Source: Octopus sinensis
Taxonomy: Eukaryota
Direction: 5' to 3'
Assembly: GCF_006345805.1 (NCBI RefSeq)
Contig: NC_042998.1
Coordinates: forward strand, 56,854,001 to 56,918,000
Length of the DNA: 64,000 nt
Shown piece after piece: positions 51,336 to 64,000 of the stretch (positions are counted from its first letter, which is position 1; every line of letters begins with the position of its first letter). The notes under the pieces are model-generated. The model had not been told where the DNA came from, made no database searches, and was given only the letters and a program-made list of their open reading frames with translations. A program made the translations under genes and the position numbers.

Positions 51336-51956
51336 CCTTCACACATTGGCACATATTAATGAATTAAATCAATGACGCATTTTCCACTTTCAACAAGTTT
51401 CTCTTCAATAATACTATTCATGCTTCAAGGCAATCCATGAACATCTCAACCCCGTCTTTTATCACTATGAATAATAGCTGAGAACGAAACAACAGTTTAA
51501 ACCCCCTCCCAGTGAGTGTTTTTATAAACAATAGAATTGTTTGTTCTGCCATCTTTTTGGGGGGTTCGGGGCAAAATTAATTCTTTGTTCATATCCAGTC
51601 AGGAATGATTAAATAAATTCCAGTAATATAATCAGACAAATTGATTCGAGTATAAAAATATTGGTTCGAAACTAATCAAAAGATTCTTAAACAGAAAGAC
51701 GCAGGTCTTATTGAGACGTTGATTCACATCCAGCCACTAGCGTTACTATGTGTCATTTTCAAATCTTTATTTTTCTTATATAAACCAGTTTGATATGTTA
51801 GCAACAAGAGTATTTAAAATTCACAATTGATGTTTTTTAGCTTGCTCTACTTAAATAGCATCTTTCAGTAAACATAAATTCGGGTGAAATAAACTCCCCA
51901 TTAAGCTCCATTGCATTAGATACGCAACACCATAACGAAGTTTTCATGTGTCGCAC

Positions 51957-52059
51957 CTGGATCTCATTTGGAAGGATTTTATAACCATTGGACAACACTT
52001 TAAGCTTCCTATACAATCTATAACGTTGTACAATTTCCCTAAGATCATGCGTACAACAC
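51957..52059 (-). CDS. Candidate coding exon (phase 2 to 0)
   Basis: Acceptor aagttttcaaaagttacag| and donor CAG|gtgcga; frame CCTHDLREIVQRYRLYRKLKVLSNGYKILPNEIQ. Confidence 0.35.
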
Positions 52060-53466
52060 CTGTAACTTTTGAAAACTTGATGTAACACATACTGGAATTA
52101 TCCCTCGAAAGTTTGAGAAATAAAAAATAGCGATATAAATTTTTATAAAAGTCAATTCATGTCTCTACTAGTAGTTGGTGCATTGTTAGTTCGTCATTAG
52201 TATTTTGTTGTGTCCTTATTAAAAGACAATACTCATTTTCAGTGGTTTGGTTCCATATTGTTTTAAGTACCCCATTGATGCAAAAGTAGCTTCCGTTGTT
52301 TGTTGTGATACTGTTGAGATCAAATTAATTCTTGGGTGAAATCTGTTCCAGATTGACCTTCCTAACCAGATAAAAAGACATCCTTTAATTCGTTAGCACA
52401 GCTAAAGAAAGGATGAACTCTTGCAAATATATCTTTTATGATAGGTATTTAAAGAGTCGGGCAATGTTCAAAACTTGCTGTACAAGATATTGCTCAAATT
52501 ATATTCAGGTAATAGCTGTTTAAGAGGCAGTTTCTAACACCACTCCTTGAAACGACCGGTGAAACCGTTCAATGAATATCAAATCCCTGCTTTAAAACAT
52601 TTCAAAACACTCACAAAAAAAATATAAGATCTAAAAAGCAAACAAAAATATTTGAAAGACATTTTCCCCGTCACCGCCTGTTTCCGGAAATTCTACGGTT
52701 AATATAGGCTTATAAAAAAGCTAGATATATATCACAGGGTTTCGGCATTTTAAAAAAGCCTTGCCCAAGCCTACATGGTCATAAAACCAGAACCTCTCCG
52801 GATTTCCGAGTCGTTTAGACAATTGAAGGTACAAGAACCTCGTTCCGGACACGATGCCAGTCCGTTGCAGAATTACTCCCAGCTGCCGCTGATACTTCTT
52901 TTCAGCTAAGAGAACTGGAGCAACATGAAATGTAGTATCTTGCTTAAAGGCACAGTACACCACTGTCTGAAAATCGTGAGTCCAAAACCATAACCAGCCA
53001 GACGTTTAAGCTATATACAAATTGCATTTGTTGTTTAACTACTCAAAGACTGTCAGCATAATTTGTCAACAGAGTGATTTATTGCTTTGTTTTTATAAAG
53101 ACCGTTCTTTCTAGTAAACAATATATAATCTGTAACGTCTTATTTTCTTATCAAGTTCCCGATAGAGATTTATTCTCACTTGATATGAACACTGTATTTT
53201 AAAGTGAATAACAGGAAAACGAAGTTGTGACGTTCATGCCGTCATTGATAATGTAAAAATTAGTTTTCTCCACTAACAACACTCTTGATTTCTTTTAGTG
53301 GAGTCCATTTTGCTTCAGACCTTTAAGCCAGGTTACCGGTGTCTGGCTAACAAAATTTTCTGATATGCTGCTTCGTACTGAGGTGATGCATATGCCATAG
53401 TTTCATCATGGTTCTTTCCTCACTTTCCTCTGGCAATTCTGGAGGCCTTGCAAAACAAATTTACAG

Positions 53467-53855
53467 TAGGCGCAGGAGTGGCTGTGTGGTAAGTAGCTAG
53501 CTTACCAGCCACATGGTTCCGGGTTCAGTCCTACTGCGTGGCAACTTGGGCAAGTGTCTTCTACTATAGCCTCGGGCCGACCAAAGCCTTGTGAGTGGAT
53601 TTGGTAGACGGAAACTGAAAGAAGCCCGTCGTATATATGTATATATGTTTGTGTGACTGTGTTTGTTCCCCCCACCCAACATCGCTTGACAACCGATGCT
53701 GGTGTGTTTACGTCCCCGTAACTTAGCAGTTCGGCAAAAGAGACCGATAGAATAAGTACTAGGCTTACAAAGAATAAGTCCTGGGGTCGATTTGCTCGAC
53801 TAAAGGCGGTGCTCCAGCATGGCCACAGTCAAATGACCGAAACAAGTAAAGAGAG
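53467..53855 (+). mobile_element. Bipartite SINE family B (near-consensus, short internal microsatellite)
   Basis: aggcgcaggagtggctgtgtggtaag...aaacaagtaaagagag. Confidence 0.92.
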
Positions 53856-54194
53856 TGAGTGTTATCTTTCATCCCCTTGCTAAAATCTGTAAGAATCAGA
53901 AATCAAAGCAAAATATCGGTTTTATCCATCTGAGCCAATCTTCAAGTCTTGTTTTTTGACATTTTCGCTTCATAGATTCCAGTTAATTACTGACATAATT
54001 TACATTTACTTCTACTGTCTAAATTTTCATAAAACTAGCAAGATAAAATGCTCATAATTGCCACAAAAATATCAACATTAAACAACCCTAAACTGTTACC
54101 ACCAACACCTTAGTATAAAAATCAAAAAATTTTGGCTTTAAAACATTCGACACAAACTGCATGCCGCAAGGTTTGTTTTTTTTCATTTATGCGC

Positions 54195-54700
54195 CCTTTT
54201 CAAGTCTAGCCAGCCTCATGGTCCCGGTTTCTATGGCGTATGTGTTCCCCTCAGCTGGACGGGACGCCAGTCCATGGCAGCGTTACCCAGGAAACAGGAA
54301 GAAACAGTGAGAGAAAGTTGGAGCGAAAGAGTACAACAGGGGTCGCCCCTCCCTTGCTGAAGCTTCGTGAAGCTTTAGGTGTTTTCGCTCAATAAACACA
54401 CACAACGCCCGGTCTGGGAATCGAAACCGCGATCCTCCGACCGCGCCTCCACATGCGCCCTTTTAAAGCCTAGCCAGGCTCATGGGTCCGGTTTCCCGGT
54501 TTCAATGGCGTACGTGTTCCCCAGCTGGAGGGGACGCTAGTCCATCGCAGCGTTACTCATTTTTGCCAGCTGAGTGGACTGGAGCAACGTGAAATGAAGT
54601 GCTTTGCTCCAGAACACAACGCGTCGCCCGGTCCAGGAATCGAAACCACAATCTTACGATCATGATGCTGAGACCCTAAACACTAAGCCACGCGCCTCCA
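54195..54700 (-). mobile_element. Two tandem family C-related SINEs with the same 3' module but different central domains
   Basis: Both carry ...tctagccag.ctcatgg.tcc.ggttt...cagcgttac; 54200-54455 continues with gaaacaggaagaaacagtgagag, while 54467-54700 continues with ttactcatttttgccagctgagtgg. Confidence 0.8.
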
Positions 54701-54709
54701 CTATGCTGA

Positions 54710-54910
54710 CACAAGGACAGCAAGTTCGTGGGGAGGGTTTAAGACGATTACATAGACCCTAGTATTCAACTGGCACTTATTTTTTCGACCCCGAAAGGAT
54801 GAAAAGCAAAGTCGGCCTCTGCGGAATTTGAACTCAGAACATGAAGACAGACGAAATAACGCTAAGCATTTTGCCCGGCGCGGTAATGATTGTGCCAGCC
54901 CAGCTACCTC
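54710..54910 (-). mobile_element. SINE family A
   Basis: cgaccccgaaaggatgaaaagcaaagtcgg...ggaatttgaactcag. Confidence 0.8.
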
Positions 54911-56149
54911 CGCTTACCTCAAGATATTAGTACCAAACTTCCAACGCAGAGATTTCATAGTGTCATCCCTAGAGTTCCACTTATTAAATTACACTGCTCT
55001 GTTTATAAACTATCACATGTTTTGAATGTTTGGTAAGACGAAAAGACCAGTTTCATTTGACACCACGAAAACGTTAAGCAATTTTATAGAAATGGGATAT
55101 ACTTTACCCTTTGGCATATGAAGCACGAGACGCTTTGATAACATTTGACTGTCATGGGGTCAGACATCTATACAACATTTTCGACATTGATATGAAATCA
55201 ATATTTCTAATAATCTGGCAGATTTCTATTTAATTAATTCTAGTTTCGGCGTGCATTAAACGTTCTTAATGAGTTGATTCTGCGACCCGGGTTCTAATTC
55301 TAGTTAGAACTATTTAAACCCACCCAAGTTACAAATCCCCAGTTTATTCTGACTCAAAATTAAGATATCTAAATAACCATTGATGAATTATGATCCCTAC
55401 AGAGTAGTGTAATCCTTCCTGCAGAGCAAAATGGGCTGAAAGAATGAAACAGGGACTGGGCAAATTGCCATGTTTTATGCTTCAAAGATAGTTTAAAACT
55501 TTCTAAAAATGGCCAATACTTTGTGAAGAAAGAAGAATTATATAGGCACAAACCTTCTGGTGTCTTCCCATTGATAAAATGATGGAGATCAAAGTATTTT
55601 TCGGGGATGGGGATTATTATTTGTCAATTTAAGACCTACTGCCATAGGGTAATGGAAGATTTCTGGAGGCTGTACAGTTTAATCAATTAAGAAATGTACG
55701 TTAGAATAAGCTTCTGCTAACTTCTTTTGGACCAGAATAAGATTTGATCGCAGCACTAAGCTAATAAAACATTCGTTAGACATACAGTTTCTTAGACCAA
55801 AGTACTATCGCTAACACTTTCTGTGTACCGATCTGAAATATAGCTTTGAAATGTCTTTGCCATGGTGGCTTCCCACCAGCAACGTTTTTTATCGGCCGGT
55901 AGTTTGACGTGATTGACTCGACGAATTGTGTGTTCCACTGATAAAAACTAAGCAGAACATAACGTTTGAGATAGACTCAATACGCTATATCAGCGTGAGT
56001 AACCGTTAAGATTACTTTCAAAATATAAAGAAAAGAAAATCGGCGGAGTGGAGATTAAATCGTAGACTGCTGGATGAAATAAAGAATTGAAAGCAAAGCC
56101 ACTAAGCATTTTATCCGACACGCCACGATTCGGCTACTCTCTCCCTCTC

Positions 56150-56350
56150 TCTACATGTATATACAGAATAGATCGGTAGCCACTACACAAATTTTTCTCT
56201 CTCCTTGTTTCTTTCTGTGTTCCTTTCTGTTGAAGAGCGTAGGCTCGAAACGTAAAAGACTCTTTCAATTCCTGAGCGTTATACTAATAAATCTGTTTGT
56301 TTTCTACACCACCTGTCTTCGTCTTTTGTTTTTTTTTGTGAATTCTCTCC
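56150..56350 (+). mobile_element. Repeat family F copy 2
   Basis: Colinear with 5495-5670. Confidence 0.75.
56223..56258 (+). ncRNA. Minimal type I hammerhead candidate, U6 core variant
   Basis: CTTT-CTGTTGA-A-GAGC-gtag-GCTC-GAAA-CG-T-A-AAAG; triplet GUA. Confidence 0.55.
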
Positions 56351-56363
56351 AATATATATATAT

Positions 56364-56449
<86 letters not shown>

Positions 56450-56839
56450 GGGGTGTGTGTGTGTGTGTGTGAGGTATAATATGTGTAACAAAAGGACAGG
56501 AAGACCAAAGATACAACGTCTTTTAATGTAGGTCTGGTGTATTTGGGATTGAGCGCAAACACAATATGTTAAATTCTTAACCACATAAGCCATGTCTCCG
56601 CCAAGATGCTTCACTGTAATTAACAAGTTTATCATACAAAGTAACAGATAAAAACATACATCACCACGTTTTACATCAAATCTGAAATATTAATGTAAAC
56701 TATACAGCTCTATTATTAATGTGTGTTATACTGCAAGACAAATCGTTATGTTCAGTCTTTCATTTGAAATAGTGAAGCCATCAGTGTGGAAAGATACCCC
56801 CCACCAGCAAGAAATGTTATATGTCAGTATAATAAATGT

Positions 56840-57474
56840 TATCTATCATAGCATATGTATTTAAGTATGTATGTATATGTATGTATGTATGTATGTATGT
56901 ATTTATGTATGTATGTATGTATGTATGTACGTACGTATGTATGTAAGTATGTATGTATCTTTATATATATAATATATATATATATATATCTGTGTGTATG
57001 CGTTTGTTTGTATGTGTATATATATATGTATATATATATATATATATACATATATTGTATGTGTATATATATATGCATATATATATATATACATACATAT
57101 ATGTATATGTATATATATATATGTATATCTATATGCATATATATGTATGTATTTTGTGTGTGTGTGTGTCTGTGTGTCTGAGCATGTACATGTGTGTGAT
57201 ATAGATATATATACACACACGTATACATACACATATCCATATGTACACGTACACATTAACATACATATGCATATATATATATATATGCATATATATGCAT
57301 ATATATATATGTATATATAAATGTATATAATATATGCATATATATGCATATATATATGTATATATATATATATGTATATATATATCTATATATATCTATA
57401 TGCATATTTATATATATATACATATATATATATGTATAATATATGTATATATATATGTATATATATGTATAATG

Positions 57475-57508
<34 letters not shown>

Positions 57509-57590
57509 TATACATATATATACATATATATATACATATATGCATATTATATTATATTATATATATATATAATATATATATATATATATA
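56840..57590. repeat. Long compound (TATG)/(TA)/(TG) low-complexity tract
   Basis: Read directly; source of many YI/HT/CV ORFs. Similar (TA) tracts at 22500-22910 and 31620-32030. Confidence 0.95.
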
Positions 57591-57960
57591 ACAAAATTAG
57601 AGATGGAAATATACTTAAATCAGAAACATCAACTATCCGATGATACTCAATCCATACTTAATACACCATTACATATGAGTAAAGCAATACATAAATGAAA
57701 TGAGATATACAGTAATAGTAAAAGATAAAGAGATATATAGTAAAAAAATTTTTTCAAATATAATATGCAAATATCAAAACTGCAGCTGTTTCGGCAGTGA
57801 GGACATCATACTCATTTAACCTATAGCCATAAAGGCTTATAAATGAGGCATAACAAGGATGCCCAACGGCATCTATGTATTAAATTTGTTGGGTACCTAT
57901 CTAGCAGTATATGGATATATATTATCCCATGGTGGGTTGAATTTTCAACCCCTATCTCAT
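57590..57960 (-). mobile_element. Possible Penelope-like 3' region with degenerate hammerhead core
   Basis: Minus strand gagtATGATG-tcctcactgcc-GAAACAGCTG at 57781-57812; palindromic CAGCTG follows GAAA. Confidence 0.35.
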
Positions 57961-57963
57961 TTA

Positions 57964-58016
<53 letters not shown>

Positions 58017-58264
58017 ATATAATATATATATATATTATTATATATTATATATATGAAGTGCATAGTGCGAAAAGGCAATTAAGCGAAAATCAGTAATCAC
58101 TTATGTTTGATAGAGAGGAATAACATTGTTTATTTGAAAGCGTCTGCGTTGATCGCCACTCAAAATTTTGGTCATCCTTAGTTTTTAGGCAACTCAGTTA
58201 CCAGAAAACTAAGAACGGAAAACTCTAAGGAGCATCACACCTGACTAAAATTTCAGTAAATGAA

Positions 58265-58295
<31 letters not shown>

Positions 58296-58324
58296 CATAC
58301 ATACATACATACATACATGTCGCG

Positions 58325-58830
58325 ATTGCTCAATAGATTATTGCAGGTTCCTTGTACCCCGTCGTTGTCTATGATATTTCTGACTTTCCATCCATGATCT
58401 TTCAGATAATTATTCAGTCGCTTTGCAGATCTGTATCTTTTGTATTATAGGTGACAGACGCAAGTTAGGTCTGCACCCATCACCACTCTTTTATCGCCGT
58501 AGGATGTTTCGCAGATGAAATGACAAATGAGGTCACCGTACAGAGACATCTGTACACCATTGGATTATAATGATAAAAGCTTGTAGAACACGAGTACAAC
58601 TATCTGAGTGTTCGAGATTAGTATCTAGTGACAAGCCGATACTAGACGATTAGTTATGATGTAAAACCGCAGGTTTTACACGAATGTGTCTCTCTCCTGG
58701 GAAGATGTTGCGTACTGGGTATGAAGTTAAACTGCATCCGGTCGTGGGGCTCAGGTTCGGGAGTTCCAGGGTTCTGAGGCGTTTGAAAACACTTCTTAGC
58801 CATTATAGTTCCATTATAGCATCTATCAGG
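58325..58830 (-). pseudogene. Possible decayed LINE apurinic-type (APE) endonuclease region
   Basis: Frameshifted remnants WNYNG/LRSVFK, PDAV*LHT and RVVMGADL (cf. WNxNG, PDxxxLxET, I.GDFN). Confidence 0.4.
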
Positions 58831-58865
58831 GCCCCAGCTATGGGTTAACTAACATATGTAATTAC

Positions 58866-59028
58866 ATGTCATCTAAGCGGAAGGACTCAGAAATGGCCTT
58901 GGTTGGTGTCAGACTGCGCAGTAAAACCACTGGACGTGAGGGGCTCCAAGATATTGTTATAATATCCTTCGAGGCGAATGACACATCTGATATAAAACCT
59001 GCGGTATCATGTGATACCTCATTTTGGA
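58866..59028 (-). CDS. Candidate coding exon (phase 1 to 2)
   Basis: One open minus frame QNEVSHDTAGFISDVSFASKDIITISWSPSRPVVLLRSLTPTKAISESFRLDD; donor AT|gtaatt; the acceptor lacks a pyrimidine tract. Could instead belong to the adjacent LINE relic. Confidence 0.3.
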
Positions 59029-59359
59029 CTGTCCTGTGTATGTCATACATACAAATAGTACACACATACATATATACATAAATACATAATACACGCGTGT
59101 GTATGTGTGTGAGTGCTTTTGTGTATATTCTTATGTGTTTACATGTGAATACAAGGTCACATACGCACAAACACGCATATACATACACATTCACAAACAC
59201 ACAAACAAACGCATACACACGCGCACACACATGTTTATGACTGTGTCAGTAGAACTTAGGACAAATTGTCTTGCAATATTTAAGTCCACGGTAACGTTCT
59301 AATTTGAACATCCGGCTGGGAACCACTTTTCAGTTGTTAAGTTATTGCCGCTATTTAAC

Positions 59360-59467
59360 CCCGGGTAAGCATTGAGCAAATAGCCCCATGATCAAGCGTG
59401 TCGAAGTCATCGTAATTCCATCTTTTATTTAGATTCAGTGTATCTAAGACTTCATTATTAAGTGCTC
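59360..59467 (-). CDS. Candidate coding exon (phase 1 to 1)
   Basis: Acceptor ctattttttaaaaacaaag| and donor CGGG|gttaaa; frame ALNNEVLDTLNLNKRWNYDDFDTLDHGAICSMLTR has protein-like composition; non-repetitive. Confidence 0.4.
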
Positions 59468-59664
59468 CTTTGTTTTTAAAAAATAGTAGCGATGGTTTAA
59501 TGAAGTTGAAACTGCTATCTAGAACAGTAGTTCCCAACTGGTGTCCATATAACCTCTGGGGGCTAATATAAGATGTTTTGGGGGTTGTGGGGGTCTATTA
59601 TTATCAAAATAGTAAACTGGGTTCACTGTATTATTTTAAGGATCCATGAAAATGCTCTGCTATT

Positions 59665-59883
59665 CTTTATTCTTTTTTTCTTTTACTTGTTTCAGTCATT
59701 TGACTGCGGCCATGCTGGAGCACTACCTTTAGTCGAGCAAGTCGACCCCGGGACTTATTCTTTGTAAGCCCAGTACTTATTCTACCGGTCTCTTTTGCCG
59801 AACCGCTAAGTGACGGGGACGTAAACACACCAGCATCGGTTGTCAAGCAATGCTAGGGGGACAAACACACACACACAAACACA

Positions 59884-59955
<72 letters not shown>

Positions 59956-60118
59956 GACAGGCTTCTTTCAGTTTCCGTCTACCAAATCCACTCACAAGGC
60001 TTTGGTCGGCCCGAGGCTATAGCAGAAGACATTTGCCCAAGATGCCACGCAGTGGGACTGAACCCGGAACCATGTGGTTGATTAGCAAGCTACTTACCAC
60101 ACAGCCACTCCTGCGCCT
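59665..60118 (-). mobile_element. Bipartite SINE family B
   Basis: Full-length; internal microsatellite about 90 bp. Confidence 0.9.
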
Positions 60119-60719
60119 CCTGCTATAGATGTATTTATTGCAAGAAACAGCTAGGTTTCTTTCTCTAACGTTTTACGTTCTTTAACCTGTACAAGTAAAT
60201 GTGCGATGAACAAAACAGCAATTTTGAAAGAAGTTTCTATAAACTAGTTTTTAGATATCGAATGGCTAAGAAGGCTCACCAGAATAAAATAGTAATGAAC
60301 GGGGCCCTTAGATAAGGTAAATCAAGGAAGTGCAAGTAGTTGGGCTCTTTTTGTCTGGGTTCAAATTTGAAATTGCTTTCTGAAGGAGTGTATAAAAACG
60401 AAGAATCTATTTGCTTAGGCCAAGAAGAAACCTTCCGCCTTATCGAGTGAGTGATCTGACTTCTGTTCCGGATTATATCAATTTCCTTTCTGTTAAATCA
60501 GTAATTCCTTTGAAATGATGATCAAACCACGTTTAGAGATGCTAAATCAGACCTTTTATCCAGACGTCTCTCTCTCTGTCTCTTTCACTCTATTGCAGTC
60601 TTGGTGTTTCTCTCTTCTTATTTCTCTCTCTCTCTCTCTCACCCTTAATTTCCGTTCAAACTATCTCCTAATCTCTCTTGTTCTCCATATTTCTCTCCCC
60701 CCTCTCTCACTCTCATGCG

Positions 60720-60758
<39 letters not shown>

Positions 60759-60815
60759 TCAAGTCTTTCAGTTTCGGTCCACAGATCATTGAATACTTCT
60801 CCACTGCGCGCGTTG

Positions 60816-60852
<37 letters not shown>

Positions 60853-61238
60853 GTGTGTGAGTTTGTATGTGTGAGTTTGTATGTGTGCTTTGCTTCTCGA
60901 CGTCTGTTGACACAGATACGCTTGAACAAATCAAGGTTAAAAGATAAGAAAAAAAGGAGAGAAAAGGAGCTGAATTTCATTGCTGCCCACACAGCGCACC
61001 AAGCCGGCCTCTTTTACATTTACGGTGTCGCGTCTATTCATAAGTAACAAAATCTACAACAACAACCACAACAACAAAGACAACAACAAAAGCATGAATG
61101 ACGAACACAAATAAAATAAAAAGTACGATAGGCAGCGGGGTAGGAGTAAGAGGTAAAGAGAGAGAGAGGCAGGGAGAGTGAGAGAGGGGCAGAGAGATAG
61201 AGAGATAGATAGATATAGAAAGAGACAGACTAAGAGAG

Positions 61239-61281
<43 letters not shown>

Positions 61282-61384
61282 TCCCTGACTGGCATTAAAA
61301 TAAAGTTAGCACTACAATTTTCAAATTATCTGGAAAGACATTACTTTTCTGACATTGCAAAAGAATATATAACGATAAACGTCG

Positions 61385-61685
61385 CCCTTGTCAAGTCTAG
61401 CCAGGCTCATGGACCAGTTTTTCCCGGTTTCTGTGGCGTATGTGTTCCCCCCAGCTGGACGGAACGCCAGTCTATCGCAGCGTTACTCAAGAAACAAGAA
61501 GAGAGAATGAGAGAAAGTTGTGGCGAAAGGGTACAACAGGGGTTGCCGCCACCCCCTGCTAGAGCCTCGTGGAGATTTTAGGTGTTTCGTTCAATAAACA
61601 CACACAACGCCCGGTCTGGGAATCGAAACCACGATCCTCCAATCGCGAGTCCGCTGCCCCTAACCACTGGGCCATTGCACCTCTA
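61385..61685 (-). mobile_element. Family C-related SINE, body type 3
   Basis: Homologous to 54200-54455. Confidence 0.8.
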
Positions 61686-61912
61686 AAAAGAATATATATA
61701 TATATAGATGAAATATAGATGAATGTATTTTCTTCTGGGTTTTTTTTTCGGGCTATTTATGGTTTCTTGTTTAAACGTAAAGTACTATATAGATATACAA
61801 ACGCTCTTTCTCGGTCTCAATTTTTCTCTCTTTCTCTCTCACCACAAACGTAGATAGATATATGCATATTCATTCAGCCATGCAGTCTGCGCCCGCACAC
61901 ATGCATACATAA

Positions 61913-61951
<39 letters not shown>

Positions 61952-62271
61952 CAAGCATAGATTGGTTTCATAAGTAGTAGAAAAACATTTTATGTAAGTC
62001 AAAATAATATGCACACATAGACAATAATACTTATATTGCGAAAGTGTCACAAATTGGGACTGAACACAAAATCATGCGGTTGGAAAGCAAATTCCTTACC
62101 GCACCGCCATGTATATTTATGCATTATTATACATACATTTGTTGTCCACTAGTATTTAAGTATAAAAACAAGGGCACGCACACACACAAACATATACATA
62201 CACACACATCCACGCACACGCCCATGCACACACACATACACACACACACACGCACACACACACACACACAC

Positions 62272-62506
62272 ACATGTGGCCTAGTGGTTAGGCTGTTGTA
62301 TTCACGATCACTAGATCGTGGGTTCGATTCCCTGACTGGGCGGCGCGTTGTGTTCTTTAGCAAAAACTCTTCAGTTCACGTTAGGGAAAATGTAGGCCTG
62401 CTCACGTAGCCAACGGGGTGGCATCATTTGAAGGCTAAAACAATGCAAAAGTGCATTGTAAGCAGTGGTGTGTAACAGCATCTAAAAGCCTGGTTTGTCC
62501 CGTGAT

Positions 62507-62512
<6 letters not shown>
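62272..62512 (+). mobile_element. SINE family C, body type 4
   Basis: A-box tggcctagtggttagg, B-box gggttcgattccc, CORE-like ttgtgttctttagcaaaa; 3' part shared with 31728-31835. Confidence 0.8.
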
Positions 62513-62553
<41 letters not shown>

Positions 62554-62712
62554 ATATACATATATGTATATGCGTATATGTGTGTATGTTGTGTGTGTGT
62601 GTGTGTAAATGGCATTTATATAAGCTTAAAGCTTATGGCGATCACCGTGCAATGACTGAGGAAAATAGTCTAAGAAAGGGGCATATAAGCCCCCTGCAGA
62701 AAAAAAGGTTTT

Positions 62713-62781
62713 CCTATCCGCGTGGAACTCGAACCCACATCCCTTTGTTAACGCGACTGAGTTACCTTTACAGCTGCTCGG
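62713..62781 (-). other. tRNA-like relic or SINE head followed by an oligo(T) terminator
   Basis: Minus strand B-box gggttcgagttcc, degenerate A-box, T7 run at 62700-62706; the cloverleaf could not be completed. Confidence 0.3.
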
Positions 62782-63170
62782 AAAAATATATAATTTTTTT
62801 ACGAGGAATAACATTAGATCGACAGACCTGTCACTCTCTTTCTGTCTCCATCATGTTCTCTTTGTCTTTTACGCCTTTCCCTTCTCTATATATATGTATA
62901 CCACACTATATCATTCTCTGTCTCTGTCTGTCTGTCTGTCTCTCTCTCTGTATGTATATCTGTCACACATGCTGATTTTCCCTCTCTCTTGACATATGTA
63001 ATTGCTTTTAATTTGTTTACATCTTCGTAGATGTTATGTTTTTACTTTCTCAATGTGATAGACAGCTATCACGCACAAAATGCTTGCTTCCAAATCCTGC
63101 TTTCTGGTTGAGTAAAAATTATCAGAATTTAAATCTCTCTAGCATTTTTCTAAAATTGTTTCTGGAATAA

Positions 63171-64000
63171 ATATATTACAAAATCATACACTGGATTAAG
63201 TATTTCCTGGCGAATAGAACACAACATGTTGTAGTTGATGGAGTCCACTCAAGCCCAGCAAAAGTCACCAGCGGTGTTCCCCAGGGGACTGTTTTGGGTC
63301 CGCTACTCTTCATAATTTACATAAACGACCTTTCCAGTGTCGTACATTACTGCAAAGTGAAAATATTTGTTGATAACACTAAGCTCCAGCAAATTGTCAA
63401 TGAAGAAGCAGACCGAACTCAACTCCAGTCTGATCTATATGCTGTGAGTCAATGGGCAGACAGAAACAAAATGCAACTGAATGAGGGAAAATTTGAGCTG
63501 ATGCATTTTGGAAGAAATTCCTCACTAAAACAACCATACTCTCTTCCTTCAGGGGAACCGCTCACAGCCTCTAACAATACCAGAGACCTGGGTGTAATTG
63601 TTGATGACGATTTCAGTTGGAGTGCACACATCAACAAGAAGGTCGATATAGCTCGTAGGATGAGTTACTGGATCTTAAGAACTTTCCGGTCCAGAGAACA
63701 AGGTGTCATCATACCACTTTTCTCCTCCTTTGTACGGCCACACCTTGAATACTGCTGCCCACTGTGGTCCCCCCATACAAGGCAAAACATCTCCAGAATT
63801 GAGTCACCCCAGAGGGCACTCACTAAACGAATTGAAGACATGGCTGCTCTCGATTATTGGGATCGCCTTAAAGCCTTGAAACTTTACTCCCTCCAGCGTC
63901 GCCGTGAGCGGTACATCATTTGTACGATGTGGAGAATATACTACCAACTTTGCCCAAACGACCTTAACATTAGCTTCAAGGTTCATCCAAGACTTGGACC
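63171..64000 (+). mobile_element. CR1-group LINE ORF2 RT region, open reading frame to the window edge
   Basis: About 276 stop-free codons: WIKYFLANRTQHVVVDG..SGVPQGTVLGPLLFIIYINDL..IFVDNTKL..RDLGVIVD..VRPHLEYCCPLWSP..LQRRRERY. Absent from the ORF track because no stop falls inside the window. Confidence 0.95.

Noticed and set aside
62656-62696. CTGAGGA...GAAA followed by a GGGGC/GCCCC stem (hammerhead-like)
   Set aside because: No stem II or stem I pairing, and no valid NUH triplet.

Overview
AT-rich, microsatellite-dense eukaryotic DNA. The repeat families point to an octopus (coleoid cephalopod) genome; this is inferred from the SINE/LINE content and was not searched. There is one 100-N assembly gap (15645-15744). 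Almost every ORF in the supplied track is a translation of microsatellites or SINEs. Real content: (1) about 30 copies of three tRNA-headed SINE families, here called A, B and C. (2) Decayed LINEs (CR1/L2-group, RTE, R4/Dong-type with RLE endonuclease), a mariner relic, a Helentron/DINE-1-like element, a Penelope-like element (RT + GIY-YIG), and a CR1-group RT frame still open to the window edge. (3) Several short non-autonomous fold-back repeats with Penelope-like inverted-pLTR-plus-tail architecture. Three of these families carry complete minimal type I hammerhead ribozyme folds with palindromic stem III: one with a canonical core and covariation between copies, one with a G3:C8 swapped core (GUGAACA), and one with U at position 6. 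(4) A speculative chain of phase-compatible minus-strand exon candidates spanning the window, for an unidentified host gene. The hammerhead-bearing fold-back repeats are the most interesting signal. All folding and splicing calls were made by eye and need computational and experimental confirmation.
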